NCBI GenBank assembly: GCA_963780225.1
Contig: CAWAAX010000022.1
Coordinates: forward strand, 1-45,327
Source of the DNA: an uncultured bacterium
Lineage (GTDB): Bacteria; Edwardsbacteria; AC1; EtOH8
DNA length: 45,327 bases
Direction: 5' to 3'
Part shown: positions 8,537 to 19,143 of the stretch, piece by piece
Layout: each line of letters starts with the position of its first letter
Numbering within the stretch: the stretch's first letter is position 1
The notes under the pieces: model-generated
Seen by the model: only the letters and a program-made list of their open reading frames with translations
What the model was told of the DNA's origin: nothing
The model's database searches: none
Program-made: the position numbers and the translations under genes

Positions 8537-10906
8537 CTAGAACTCGATTATTATTCCAGCAGTAACATTAAGGCCGTACTGGTATATCGGTTTGCGCTTT
8601 CCGTCCACGGTATACTGATATTCCCAGATATTGGGGTAGTTGGTAAGATTATCGATCTCAAAGTAAGAGACCAGACCCACCCGGTCCCAGAACCAGCGGC
8701 GCTGGGCGTGGAAATCCACCCGGTTGTATGGGTCAGAGCGCTCGGTGTTCAACTTGACCTGCTCGTCTATCTGCCACAGCCTCAGTTCGGGGTGCATTAT
8801 CATCGGGGTATAAGGGCGTCCTCCCAGATAGCGCCAGCGGATGGAATACTCGGTCTCGTCCCCTGGGAAAATGGGTATGACGGACAGGGGCAGGAACCAC
8901 CATTTGTATCGCATATCCACATACCACAATTTATCCTTAAAATCGTTGCGGTAGCCGGCGATGGCGGTAATTATGTTTCGATAATCATAGTCCCAGTCAT
9001 AATAGGTGCCGGGATAACGGGGGTCTTCCATCTGTGAGGTGGAATAGGAGTAGCTTAATGTCCCCCAGAAATTTTCCTTGACTTTTTTCTGCAGAAATAG
9101 TTCCACTCCCTGAGCGTAGCCCCGGCCTTGATTGACGTAAACATTGGAGCGGTCGGAGGGATCGGTGGTGGTCAGAACCTTTTGGATGGGAACCTTGCGG
9201 AAGGTCTTGTAATAGGCCTCGATGGTTCCCTTGATGTCCTCGGCAAAAATATGCTCCAGCCCGGCCACGAACTGGTCGTTGTATTTGCTTTCCAGCCGGC
9301 GGTTGGCGGTATCTATGCCCAGCTGATACCAGTCGGGTGGTTGATAACATCGGCCGTAAGAAAAGTTAAGGCCGGTATTTTCAAATATTTGAAAACTGGT
9401 TCCGATCCGGGGCGAAATGTCCATCTGGGCAGTATAGTCCACATAATCGAAGCGCACTCCGCTGCGCAGGGTAAAAAAGGAAACCGGCGTCCAGTTGTGC
9501 TGTAAATACCCGGCATAACGCCAGGGCCAGGGGTATTTGTTTATGTTAAGATCATAAGTGTAGTCTGTGGTGCCGATAACAGAATCTGTGCCGGGCAAAT
9601 AGATGAGCATAGTATCCGGTTTTAACCAGATATCATTACTGACCTGAGTGTTCCTGATGGCAAAACCAAGGCCCAGTTCATTTTTCTTGTCGGCGGAAAG
9701 GTAAAACCCCATGTCCATTTTGAAAGAAGTCTCGCCTTCATTGGCGAAGGCCCGGTAGGTTTCAATTCCGCTGGTGTCGGCCTCGGTCTGGGTCCAATGA
9801 TTGAAATTGCGGGATAGAGTGTGGATGGTATAGCCCTGGGGATAGACAGTGTGAAAACTGGCGCCCACCGTGTATTGCCAGGAGTTGTAGTTGACGGAAT
9901 GCTGGTAATCGTCCTTTAACGCATTCTCTATGTCCAGCCGGTAATCATCCTCCCCGAAAAGGGCCAGGACGGTTACTTTTTGCCGCGGGTTAATATCGTA
10001 AGCAAATTTACCCTGGAGATTGGAATAGTGAGGGATGCCGGTAATCCCGAAACGTGACCGGATGAACGAAGGGTAGCTCTTGTGGTAGGAAAGCAGAAAA
10101 GAGGAAGAAGGAATAAAAGGGCCTTCCCAGGTTAGGCCCAGCCCGGAGATGCCGCCTTCGGCCTTGATCCGTTGTTTTTCGCGGGCCCCGTCCCGGAGTT
10201 TGATGTCCATTACCGATGAAACCTTGTTGCCGTATTTGGCCGGAAAAGCCCCGGTAAAAAAATCCATCTGCCGAATGAAGTCAGTATTTATGATGCCCAC
10301 TGCTCCCCCGGAAGCTCCCTGCTTGGAAAAATGGTTGGGGTTGGGGATCTCTATATTATCCACCAGAAACAGATTTTCCCCGGCGTTTCCGCCCCGAACG
10401 ATGATCTCGTTGTTTTGGTCGGCCACCGAGGCCACCGAAGGCAAGGCCTGTACTGCCCGCTGGACGTCAAAGTATCCGCCGGGCTGGGCCGCGATCTCTT
10501 CAAAATCCATCCGATGAGAAGAGGAGATAGCATCCTTGGTCTTTTCGAAAAAAGTGGACCTGACCACCGTCCCGGACATGCTTAAGGGTTTTATTCCCAG
10601 GGCAACTTCCATCGGGGTAGACATGGCCGAGCGCACCAGCACCCTGTTTTTTAAGATGACCGTGTAGCCCATCCGGCTAAACCGCAGGTTGTAATATCCG
10701 GGGGGAATATCCGGCACGGTAAAATTACCGTTGCTGTCGCTGATGGCCCCAAAAGAAGTGTTGACCACAGTGATGGTAACGCCCATTACCGGCTCGTGGT
10801 TGGTCTGGTCATAAACCTTGCCCTTGATAGAGCCGGGCAGGGCCTGGGCCGGGATGCTTAACAACAGCAGGGCCAGGGCCAATCCAAAAATCCGGATGCG
10901 GTGCAT
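8537..10906 (-). CDS. TonB-dependent receptor with N-terminal carboxypeptidase-regulatory-like domain
   Basis: Signal peptide; GSIKGKVYD..GAISDSNGNFTV; plug motifs NNEIIVRGG..ENLFLVDNIEI and FTGAFPAKYGNKVSSVMDI; barrel strands ending AGIIIEF. Confidence 0.9.
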   Translation of the reverse strand: MHRIRIFGLALALLLLSIPAQALPGSIKGKVYDQTNHEPVMGVTITVVNTSFGAISDSNGNFTVPDIPPGYYNLRFSRMGYTVILKNRVLVRSAMSTPMEVALGIKPLSMSGTVVRSTFFEKTKDAISSSHRMDFEEIAAQPGGYFDVQRAVQALPSVASVADQNNEIIVRGGNAGENLFLVDNIEIPNPNHFSKQGASGGAVGIINTDFIRQMDFFTGAFPAKYGNKVSSVMDIKLRDGAREKQRIKAEGGISGLGLTWEGPFIPSSSFLLSYHKSYPSFIRSRFGITGIPHYSNLQGKFAYDINPRQKVTVLALFGEDDYRLDIENALKDDYQHSVNYNSWQYTVGASFHTVYPQGYTIHTLSRNFNHWTQTEADTSGIETYRAFANEGETSFKMDMGFYLSADKKNELGLGFAIRNTQVSNDIWLKPDTMLIYLPGTDSVIGTTDYTYDLNINKYPWPWRYAGYLQHNWTPVSFFTLRSGVRFDYVDYTAQMDISPRIGTSFQIFENTGLNFSYGRCYQPPDWYQLGIDTANRRLESKYNDQFVAGLEHIFAEDIKGTIEAYYKTFRKVPIQKVLTTTDPSDRSNVYVNQGRGYAQGVELFLQKKVKENFWGTLSYSYSTSQMEDPRYPGTYYDWDYDYRNIITAIAGYRNDFKDKLWYVDMRYKWWFLPLSVIPIFPGDETEYSIRWRYLGGRPYTPMIMHPELRLWQIDEQVKLNTERSDPYNRVDFHAQRRWFWDRVGLVSYFEIDNLTNYPNIWEYQYTVDGKRKPIYQYGLNVTAGIIIEF

Positions 10907-10926
10907 GTTTTTCTCCTTTTATTAAA

Positions 10927-12540
10927 TTAGCGTTTAGGATCAAGATCGAGCCGGTATTCTTCCATTGTTGCCAGGGGAATGTTGGATAACCCTCCTATGG
11001 CATAAATATATCCTCCCACAAAGGCAGCGCCCAATAAAGAGCGGCCGGTCTGCAGATCGCTTCTTATGGCCCAGGTGTCGGAGATCGGGTCGTATTTTCT
11101 GACCCGTTTAGAGTAAGTGCCGTCGTAACCGCCGATCACGTAGATAAACCCGTTAGCTACTGTAGCCGCCGAATAATTAGCCGGTCCGATCATGTTGTTG
11201 GCCCCAGTCCAGGTGTTCGTCCCTGGGTAGTATACATCTACCTGCGACAGAAGGTTAGCGTAAGAGTCGCTACCACCCATAACATATATTAAATTATTAT
11301 AAACCGCCGAACAATAATAATTGTTAATGTGGGGCAGAAATGATTTTATAGTCCCGGTAATTGTATCAATCCCAATAATGGAATCCACGTTTAGACTATC
11401 GTAAATTGTATAATAATAAGTGGTGTCCCACCAGTCATCGGTGGAAATGGTGTATTCCATAATCGGATCCACGGTGTATATTCTTCCTTTAATGGCGTGA
11501 GCCGAAGTTACGGAGATACCTGCCCACACAGGCGCTAAAGTATTCCAGGAATCAAGCAAGGGATCATAGACCTCATTACTATAATATAAAGTATTATTAA
11601 GAGCACCATAGGCGCTCCCGCCTAGGGCATAGATCTTGTTGTCCCAGACCGTGACGGCCAAGTTGCTGCGGGCGGTGGGCATGTCGGCCTTGCGGGTCCA
11701 GCTGTCCAAAAGAGGATCATACTCCAGAACTTCGGCCAGATCAACCAACCCGTCGTTACCGCCGATGACATAGATCTTGCCGTTGACCACAGCCGTGCCA
11801 AAGCCGTAGCGGGGCGAGGGCAGTTCCCGTTTGTAAAACCAGGGACAGTCCCGGGTGGTAAAGGAATAAAGGGGTCCGGAGGTGTAGGCGTAATGGTTGT
11901 CGCGGGCGAGCACCCTCCAATAGTAAGTGGTGGAATAGTTGAGCCCGGTAAATTCCCAGGAGCTGGCCGGATCGTTTCTGAACAGGGAGATAGGCGGCTG
12001 GGGAGTGACGCCCATGTAAAGATCATAATACAAAGTATCGGAGTCTCCCTCGGGATCGGTGCAATTCCAGCCAAAGTTAAGGGTGGGATACTCCCATGCC
12101 GCATTGTCCGCCGGGTAAAGATAGGTCGGGACATTTGGGGCGGTATTGGCATGGGGCAGGGTGGTAAAGCGCCAGACCGGGCCCGAGGTGGTAACCCCCG
12201 CATCGTCGGTGATGTACAGGTTCCAGTAATAGGTAGTGTTGTAGCTAAGGCTGTCGACGAAGTAACTGGGCGCCGACAGTCCAGAGGCGATTTGGGTCAG
12301 CGGTGGATTAAGGGTGTCGAAATAGATGGCATAGGTTAAAATATCACCGGAATTGGGATCGGAAGCTGTCCATTTTAAAGTAACGTCAATGGTGGTGTGG
12401 TCGATATTGGTGGAGCTGTCCGGGGGATAGGGGTTCCAGGGCGAGTTGGGGGCATAATCCGCCTCCTCCGGCTGGCGCTTGGTGCAGGAGAACAGGGATA
12501 GGGTCACAGCCAGGAATAGCAGAAGCACGTTTGTCTTCAT
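10927..12540 (-). CDS. Lipoprotein with two Fn3-like domains and a Kelch beta-propeller (array member E, last transcribed)
   Basis: Lipobox LFSC; two LxYxTxYYW..GP..FTT repeats; Kelch blades (GKIYVIGG..YDP..W..MPTAR). Confidence 0.88.
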   Translation of the reverse strand: MKTNVLLLFLAVTLSLFSCTKRQPEEADYAPNSPWNPYPPDSSTNIDHTTIDVTLKWTASDPNSGDILTYAIYFDTLNPPLTQIASGLSAPSYFVDSLSYNTTYYWNLYITDDAGVTTSGPVWRFTTLPHANTAPNVPTYLYPADNAAWEYPTLNFGWNCTDPEGDSDTLYYDLYMGVTPQPPISLFRNDPASSWEFTGLNYSTTYYWRVLARDNHYAYTSGPLYSFTTRDCPWFYKRELPSPRYGFGTAVVNGKIYVIGGNDGLVDLAEVLEYDPLLDSWTRKADMPTARSNLAVTVWDNKIYALGGSAYGALNNTLYYSNEVYDPLLDSWNTLAPVWAGISVTSAHAIKGRIYTVDPIMEYTISTDDWWDTTYYYTIYDSLNVDSIIGIDTITGTIKSFLPHINNYYCSAVYNNLIYVMGGSDSYANLLSQVDVYYPGTNTWTGANNMIGPANYSAATVANGFIYVIGGYDGTYSKRVRKYDPISDTWAIRSDLQTGRSLLGAAFVGGYIYAIGGLSNIPLATMEEYRLDLDPKR

Positions 12541-12564
12541 CTTTTTCCTCAGCAGTTGAGGTTT

Positions 12565-14208
12565 TTATCGGGAGGTATTTTTAGGGTCCAAGTCTAGTTG
12601 GTATTCTTCCACCGTGGAAAGGGGAATGGGCGATGTTCCTCCGATGGCATAAATAAAGCCTCCCACAAAAGCAGCGCCCAAAAAAGAGCGTTCTTTTTGC
12701 AGATCACTTCTTATGGCCCAGGTGTCGGAGATCGGGTCGTACTTTCTGACCCGTTTAGAGTAAGTGCCGTCGTAACCGCCAATCACGTAGAGAAACCCAT
12801 TAGCTACTGTGGCGGCCGACATATTGGCCGGCCCGATCATATCGCTGGCCATAGCCCAAGAGTTCGTCCCCGGGTGGTATATCATTACCCCCGACAGAAG
12901 GTGAGCATAAGAGTCGCTACCACCCATAACATAGATCAAATTATTGTAAACCGCCGAACAATGATAAAGGTTATTGTTGGGCAGGTATGATTTTACGGGG
13001 GTGTTAAATGTGTCAATCCCAATAATGGAATCCACGTTTAGACTATCGTTAATTGTATAATAATAAGTGGTGTCCCACCAGTCATCGGTGGAAATGGTGT
13101 ATTCCATAATCGGACCCACGGTGTATATTCTTCCTTTAATGGCATGAGCGGAGGTAATATCATCGTTAGGTATTGGCGCGCCGGTAAAACAATCTTTAAC
13201 TATTGGCATGGGGGTCCGGCTGGACCAGGTATCCAGCAATGGATCATAGACTTCATTGTTGTTGTAAATAGCATCATGGACCCGCCCGCCAATGGCATAG
13301 ATCTTGTTATCCCAGACGGCCACGGCCAGACCGCTGCGGGCGGTGGGCATGTCGGCCTTGCGGGTCCATGTATCCAGCAGGGGATCGTACTCCAACACCT
13401 CGGCCAGACTATTGAGTCCTTCGCTGCCGCCGATGACATAGATCCTGCCGTTGACCACGGCCGTGCCGAAGTCGTAGCGGGGCGAGGGCAGTTCTCTTTT
13501 GTAGAACCAAGGGCAGTCCCGGGTAGTAAAGGAGTTGACCGGCCCGGAGGTGTAGGCGTAATGGTTGTCGCGAACCACCACCTTCCAATAGTAAGTGGTG
13601 GTATAGTTGAGGCCGGTGAACTCCCGGTGGTTCGCTATAGTGTCCTTAAACAACGTTATGGGCGGTTCGGTTGTGACGCCCAGATAAAGGTCATAATACA
13701 AAGTGTCTGAGCTTTCCTCTGGGTCAGTACAATCCCAGTTCAAAGAAAGGGTGGGATACTCCCATGCCGCATTGTCCGCCGGGTAAAGATAGGTCGGGAC
13801 ATTTGGGGCGGAGTTGGCATGGGGCAGGGTGGTAAAGCGCCAGATCGGGCCGCAGGTGATTACCCCCTTATCATCGGTGATATAGAGTTTCCAGTAATAG
13901 GTAGTGTTGTAGCTTAATCCGGTCATGAAATAACTGGAGGAAGACAGTCCAGTGGCAATGCTGGTCAGCGGGGGATTAAGAGTGTCAAAGTAGATGGCAT
14001 AGGTTAAAACGTCGCCGGAGTTGGGGTCGGAAGCGGTCCATTTTAAAGTAACGTCAAGGGTGGTGTGGTCAATGTTGGTGGAGCTGTCCGGGGGATAGGG
14101 GTTCCAGGGCGAGTTGGGGGCATAGTCCACCTCCTCCGGCTGGCGCTTGGTGCAGGAGAATAGGAATAGGGCTACTGTCATAATCAACAGCAGTATTTTT
14201 ATTTTCAC
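12565..14208 (-). CDS. Lipoprotein with two Fn3-like domains and a Kelch beta-propeller (array member D)
   Basis: Lipobox LFSC; same architecture; close paralog of 10927-12540. Confidence 0.88.
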   Translation of the reverse strand: MKIKILLLIMTVALFLFSCTKRQPEEVDYAPNSPWNPYPPDSSTNIDHTTLDVTLKWTASDPNSGDVLTYAIYFDTLNPPLTSIATGLSSSSYFMTGLSYNTTYYWKLYITDDKGVITCGPIWRFTTLPHANSAPNVPTYLYPADNAAWEYPTLSLNWDCTDPEESSDTLYYDLYLGVTTEPPITLFKDTIANHREFTGLNYTTTYYWKVVVRDNHYAYTSGPVNSFTTRDCPWFYKRELPSPRYDFGTAVVNGRIYVIGGSEGLNSLAEVLEYDPLLDTWTRKADMPTARSGLAVAVWDNKIYAIGGRVHDAIYNNNEVYDPLLDTWSSRTPMPIVKDCFTGAPIPNDDITSAHAIKGRIYTVGPIMEYTISTDDWWDTTYYYTINDSLNVDSIIGIDTFNTPVKSYLPNNNLYHCSAVYNNLIYVMGGSDSYAHLLSGVMIYHPGTNSWAMASDMIGPANMSAATVANGFLYVIGGYDGTYSKRVRKYDPISDTWAIRSDLQKERSFLGAAFVGGFIYAIGGTSPIPLSTVEEYQLDLDPKNTSR

Positions 14209-14228
14209 TTTTATCCTCCGCTAAGCAT

Positions 14229-15879
14229 TTATTTGACGATGTTTTTCGGGTCTAATTCTATCTGGTATTCTTCCAGCGTGGCCAGGGGGGAAATTGCTAC
14301 TCCGCCGACAGCATAAATGCGATTGTTAATAAAGGCGGCGCCCAATAAAGAACGGCCGGTCTGCAGATCGCTTCTTATGGCCCAGGTGTTGGAGACCGGG
14401 TCGTACTTGCGCATCAGGCGCAAATAGTTGTTATTATAACCGCCGATCACGTAAATAAAGCCGTTGGCCACAATAGCGGCCGGATAAAAAGCTGGCCAGA
14501 TCATATCGCGGGCCGAGGACCAAGTGTTTGTTGCAGGATGATATATGTCTGTATAGGGCGTAAGACGTCCGGAGAAATCGCGGCCGCTCATTACATATAT
14601 CAAGTCATTATAAACCGCCGAGCAACTGTTGCGGTTAGAATTTGGCAGATATGATTTTACCGGGGTGTTAATGGTGTCAATCCAAATAATGGAATCCAGG
14701 TTTATGCTATCAGTATAAATATTGTAGTAGGTGGTGTCCCACCAAGTATTGGTGGCAATATTATACTCGAGAACCCCACCAAAGGTTGACCCCCAAGTAT
14801 ATTCGCCGCCCAAAGTCAATATTTTTCCGTTAACGGCATGAGCCATTAAGCCGCAATGTGGTTCGGGCGCTGGGGTAAGGGTTGTCCAGACATCCGACAG
14901 AGGGTCATAAACTTCATTTTTGTTAAAAACGCCAACCTCGGATTGTCCGCCGATGGCGTAGATCTTGTTGTTCCAGACGGCCACGGCCAGGTCGCTGCGG
15001 GCGGTGGGCATGTCGGCCTTGCGGGTCCAGGTGTCCAGCAAGGGGTCGTACTCCAAGACCTCGTTCAAATAGTTAACCCCGTCGGTGCCGCCGATGACAT
15101 AGATCTTGTTATTGACCACTGCCGTGCCGAAGCCATAACGGGGTGAAGGCATCTCCCGTTTGTAGAACCAGGGGCAGTCCCGGGTGGTAAAGGAGTAAAG
15201 CGGCCCGGAGGTGTAGGCGTAATGATTGTCATGGGCCACCACCTTCCAATAATAGGTAGTGGCGTAGTTGAGGCCGGTTATTTCCCGAAGGGTGGATAAA
15301 TCGGTCATAGAGGGGGCAGGCGGCGGCTGGGTCGTAACGCCCAGATAAAGAGCATAATGTAAAGTATCAGAACTTCCTTGGGGATCGGTGCCGTTCCAGC
15401 CAAAGTTAAGAGTAGGATACTGCCAGGAGGCATTGTCGGTAGGGTAAAGATAGGTCGGGATATTGGGGGCGGTGTTGGCGTGGGGCAGGGTGGTGAACCG
15501 CCAGACGATGCTGGCGGTGGTAGTGCCTTCCTGGTCTTTTACGAAGACCTTCCAGTAATAAGTGGTATTATAAAGTAACCCTGTCAACAAAAAAACTTGG
15601 TGAGGTCAAACCCGAGGCAATGCTGGTTATGGGGGGATTGAGAGTGTCGAGATAGATATTATAGGTCAGCACATCGCCGGAGTTGGGGTCGGTGGCGGTC
15701 CAGCTTAAGGTAACGTCAAGGGTGGTGTGCTCAACATTGGTGGCGCTGTCCGGGGGGTAGGGGTTATAGGGCGAGTTGGGGGCATAGTCCACCTCCTCCG
15801 GCTGGCGTTTGGTGCAGGAGGCCAAAGTTATTCCCAGAAGCATTACGGCCAAAACATACAGTGGATAGTTCTTTTTCAT
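14229..15879 (-). CDS. Fn3-like/Kelch lipoprotein (array member C), split by a +1 frameshift in a T7 run near 15589-15595
   Basis: ORF 15568-15879 (lipobox LASC) plus ORF 14229-15590. Removing one T gives ..SPSFLLTGLLYNT.., colinear with the paralogs. Confidence 0.8.
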
Positions 15880-15903
15880 GTGCGTCTCCTATTTTTTCGT
15901 AGC

Positions 15904-17524
15904 TTATCTGACAAGGATGTTCTTAGGATCCTCTATCAGGCGGTACTCCTCCACCGAGGAAAGAGGGTTAATATTTATCCCTCCGAAAACGTATATGCAA
16001 TTATTGGCGTAGGCCGCTCCGAAAAGGGACCTGGCCGTCTGCAAATCGCTGCGGATATACCAGGAATCGGAAACAGGATCATACTTTCTGACCCTTTTAG
16101 AGAAATTTCCATCATTGCCGCCAATGACATAGATGAACCCGTTAGCAACGACCGCAGAAGAATAATTGGCAGGTGAAATCATATCGCTGGCAGAGTTCCA
16201 AAGGTTGGTTCCCGGGTGGTACACGTCAACATAGGGCAAAAAATTAAAATACAGGGACCCACCCATCACATAGATCAGATTGTTGTAAACGGCCGAACTA
16301 AAATAGAGATTGGCATGAGGCAGGTATGACTTAGCGTAATCATAAAAGGTGTCCACAATAACCGAATCAAAAGCGGTCCAGGTGGTGTCGGTCCAAACGG
16401 TATCGACCCTGATCAAGGTTGTGTCCCACCAGTCGTTGGTGGCAATATCATATTGCATGACAGGGTCTACGGTGTATATCTTGCCTTTGATTGCGTGAGC
16501 CGAAGAGTAGTATATTTCCTTAGGCACCGGCGATAAAGTATTCCAGCTGTCAGAGGCTGGGTCATACACTTCGTTGTTGAGATGAAAGGACATATTGGTC
16601 TTCCCGCCCATTATGTATATCTTGCCGTCCCATACTGTTACCGCCTGGGGGCTGCGGGGGGTGGGCATATCAGCCTTGCGGGTCCAAGTGTCCTGGGTTG
16701 GGTCGTATTCCTGGACCTCGGACAAGTAATTCAAGCCGTCGGTGCCGCCGATGATATAGATTTTGCCGTTGACCACGGCCGTGCCGAAACCGCAACGAGC
16801 CGAGGGCATATCTTTCTTATAATACCAGGGACAAACCCTGGTGGTAAAACTGTAGACAGGGCCTTCGGTAACCGCCCAGTGATTATCGCGGACCAGAACC
16901 TTCCAATAGTATTTGGTGGAATAGGCCAGGCCGGCCTGTTCATAACAGGTACCAGTATACCCCGGGGAACAAAGGGCCGGAGGCACGGGGGTGTTCCCCA
17001 GATAAAGGGCATAGTAAACAGTATCTCCCCAGTCGGGGTCCGTGCTGCTCCAACTAAAATTAAGGGTGGGGTATTCCCAGGCAGCGCCGTCGGCCGGAGC
17101 AAGATAAACAGGAACCCTGGGCGCTTGGTTGGCATGAGGCAGGGTGGTGAAGTTCCATACGGGACTGGCAGTAGTGGTTCCCATCTGGTCTTTAACAAAA
17201 ACCTTCCAGTAATACATGGTGTTGTAGCTAAGGCTGTCAGCAAAGTAACTGGTGGCCGATAGACCGGAAGCTATTTGGGTTATGGGCGGGTTAAGTGTGT
17301 CGAAGATAGACATCGTAGGTCAGCACATCGCTGGAGTTGGGGTCGGTGGCGGTCCAGCGCAGGGTAACGTCAAGGGTGGTGTGGTCAATGTTGGTGGAGC
17401 TGTCCGGGGGATAGGGGTTATAGGGCGAGTTAGGGGCATAGTCCACCTCCTCCGGTTTGCGCTTGGTGCAGGAAGCGGCCAGAAAGCACAGGAATACTAG
17501 GATTAAAAATAGTAGCTTTTTCAT
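15904..17524 (-). CDS. Fn3-like/Kelch lipoprotein (array member B), split by a +1 frameshift near 17304
   Basis: N-part MKKLLFLILVFLCFLAASCTKRK.. starts at 17524; C-part is ORF 15904-17313. One extra base in TATCTTCGAC versus TATTTCGAC in member A. Confidence 0.8.
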
Positions 17525-17549
17525 AAAGGGCCTCATATCTTGGTGTAAT

Positions 17550-19124
17550 TTATCTGTACGGAATGTTTTTGGGATCTTCCAACAGCCGGTATTCTTCCAC
17601 CGATGACAACCACAGAACATTTAACCCTCCGAAAACGTAGATGCAATTGTTGACATAGGCCGTTCCGAACGTGGATCTGGCCGTCTGCATATCACTGCGG
17701 ATATACCAGGTGTCGGCAAAGGGATCATATTTAGATACCCGGCCAGTATAGCAACCATTGTTATAGCCGCCCAACATGTACAAACAGTTATTGGCAACAA
17801 CTGTTCTAAAAGAGTCAGCGGAATACGGCGGGGTAACAGCATGTAAATAAAGGCAAGTATCCAAGGATTCGTTATAACTCCAAAACCCACCTCCGAAAAT
17901 GCCTTCGACGTTCAAGAAATATAACTCATTGTTCAGGATCACAGGATTGGAATTAGGATAGTTTAATTTTGCCCAGGTATAGATGGTGTCATAATAAGTG
18001 GTATCTTCGAAGGTATAGGTTTCAACATAGGTGGTGTCCCACCAGTCATCCATGACGGGGTCGTACACGCTTCTCCCTACATATATCTTGTTGTGGAAGG
18101 CTGTGGCCACAGCAAAGCCAATCCTTCCAGGGGCATCATTCTTTACGGACCAAACATTTGTCTGGGGGTCGTACTCTTCTACTTTATTGGTGGAACCGCC
18201 AAAGACGTAAATAGTATTATTGTAGATCGCCGTCGTTGCCTCGTACCTGGGTGTAGGCATGTCGGCTTTTTGCGTCCAAGTGTCGCTCAGGGGGTCATAT
18301 TCTTCCACTAACGACAAAACGTTTTCGGATGGGTCTTTACCCCCCATAAGATATATTTTATCGTTGACCACGGCGGTGCCGAAGCCGTAACGGGGTGTTG
18401 GCAGACTGCTTTTGTAAAACCATGGCGAGGTGCGGGTGGTAAAGCTGTAGACAGGACCTTCGGTAACTGCCCAGTGATTATCGCGGACCAGAACCTTCCA
18501 ATAGTATTTGGTGGAATAGGCCAGGCCGGTCTGTTCATAACAGGTGTCGGTGTACCCCGGGGAACAAAGGGCCGGGGGTACCGGGGTGTTTCCCAAATAA
18601 AGCGCATAGTAAATAGTATCGCCCCAGTCGGGATCAGAGCTGCTCCATTTAAAATTGAGGGTGGGGTATTGCCAGGCAGCGCCATCGGCCGGAGCAAGAT
18701 AAACAGGAACCCTGGGCGCTTGGTTGGCATGGGGCAGGGTGGAGAAGCTCCAGACGGGACTGGCAGTAGTGGTTCCCAGCTGGTCCTTGACAAAAACCTT
18801 CCAGTAATACATGGTGTTGTAGCTAAGGCTGTCAACAAAGTAACTGGGCGCCGATAGACCGGAAGCTATTTGGGTTATGGGCGGGTTAAGTGTGTCGAAA
18901 TAGAGATCATATGTCAGGACATCGCCGGAGTTGGGATCGGTGGCTCGCCAGTTCAAAGTAACGTCAAGGGTGGTATGATCAATGTTAGTGGCGCTGTCTG
19001 CCGGGTAGGGATTGAAGGGTAGGTTGGGAGCGTAGGCTATCTCCTCCGGCTGGCGTTTGGTACAGGAGAACAGGGTCATGGTTATTATGCCGGTCACTAT
19101 AACAAGTAAGTAATATTTTCGCAA
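17550..19124 (-). CDS. Fn3-like/Kelch lipoprotein (array member A, first transcribed)
   Basis: AGGAGG RBS before TTG 19124; lipobox LFSC; two Fn3-like repeats; the most divergent Kelch domain of the five. Confidence 0.85.
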   Translation of the reverse strand: MRKYYLLVIVTGIITMTLFSCTKRQPEEIAYAPNLPFNPYPADSATNIDHTTLDVTLNWRATDPNSGDVLTYDLYFDTLNPPITQIASGLSAPSYFVDSLSYNTMYYWKVFVKDQLGTTTASPVWSFSTLPHANQAPRVPVYLAPADGAAWQYPTLNFKWSSSDPDWGDTIYYALYLGNTPVPPALCSPGYTDTCYEQTGLAYSTKYYWKVLVRDNHWAVTEGPVYSFTTRTSPWFYKSSLPTPRYGFGTAVVNDKIYLMGGKDPSENVLSLVEEYDPLSDTWTQKADMPTPRYEATTAIYNNTIYVFGGSTNKVEEYDPQTNVWSVKNDAPGRIGFAVATAFHNKIYVGRSVYDPVMDDWWDTTYVETYTFEDTTYYDTIYTWAKLNYPNSNPVILNNELYFLNVEGIFGGGFWSYNESLDTCLYLHAVTPPYSADSFRTVVANNCLYMLGGYNNGCYTGRVSKYDPFADTWYIRSDMQTARSTFGTAYVNNCIYVFGGLNVLWLSSVEEYRLLEDPKNIPYR

Positions 19125-19143
19125 CAGGACAGTACCTCCTATG

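Noticed and set aside
10927..19124. Diversity-generating retroelement or shufflon acting on the Kelch array
   Set aside because: No reverse transcriptase or recombinase in the window. Differences between copies include many synonymous changes at all bases rather than adenine-only changes. All copies are full genes in the same orientation.
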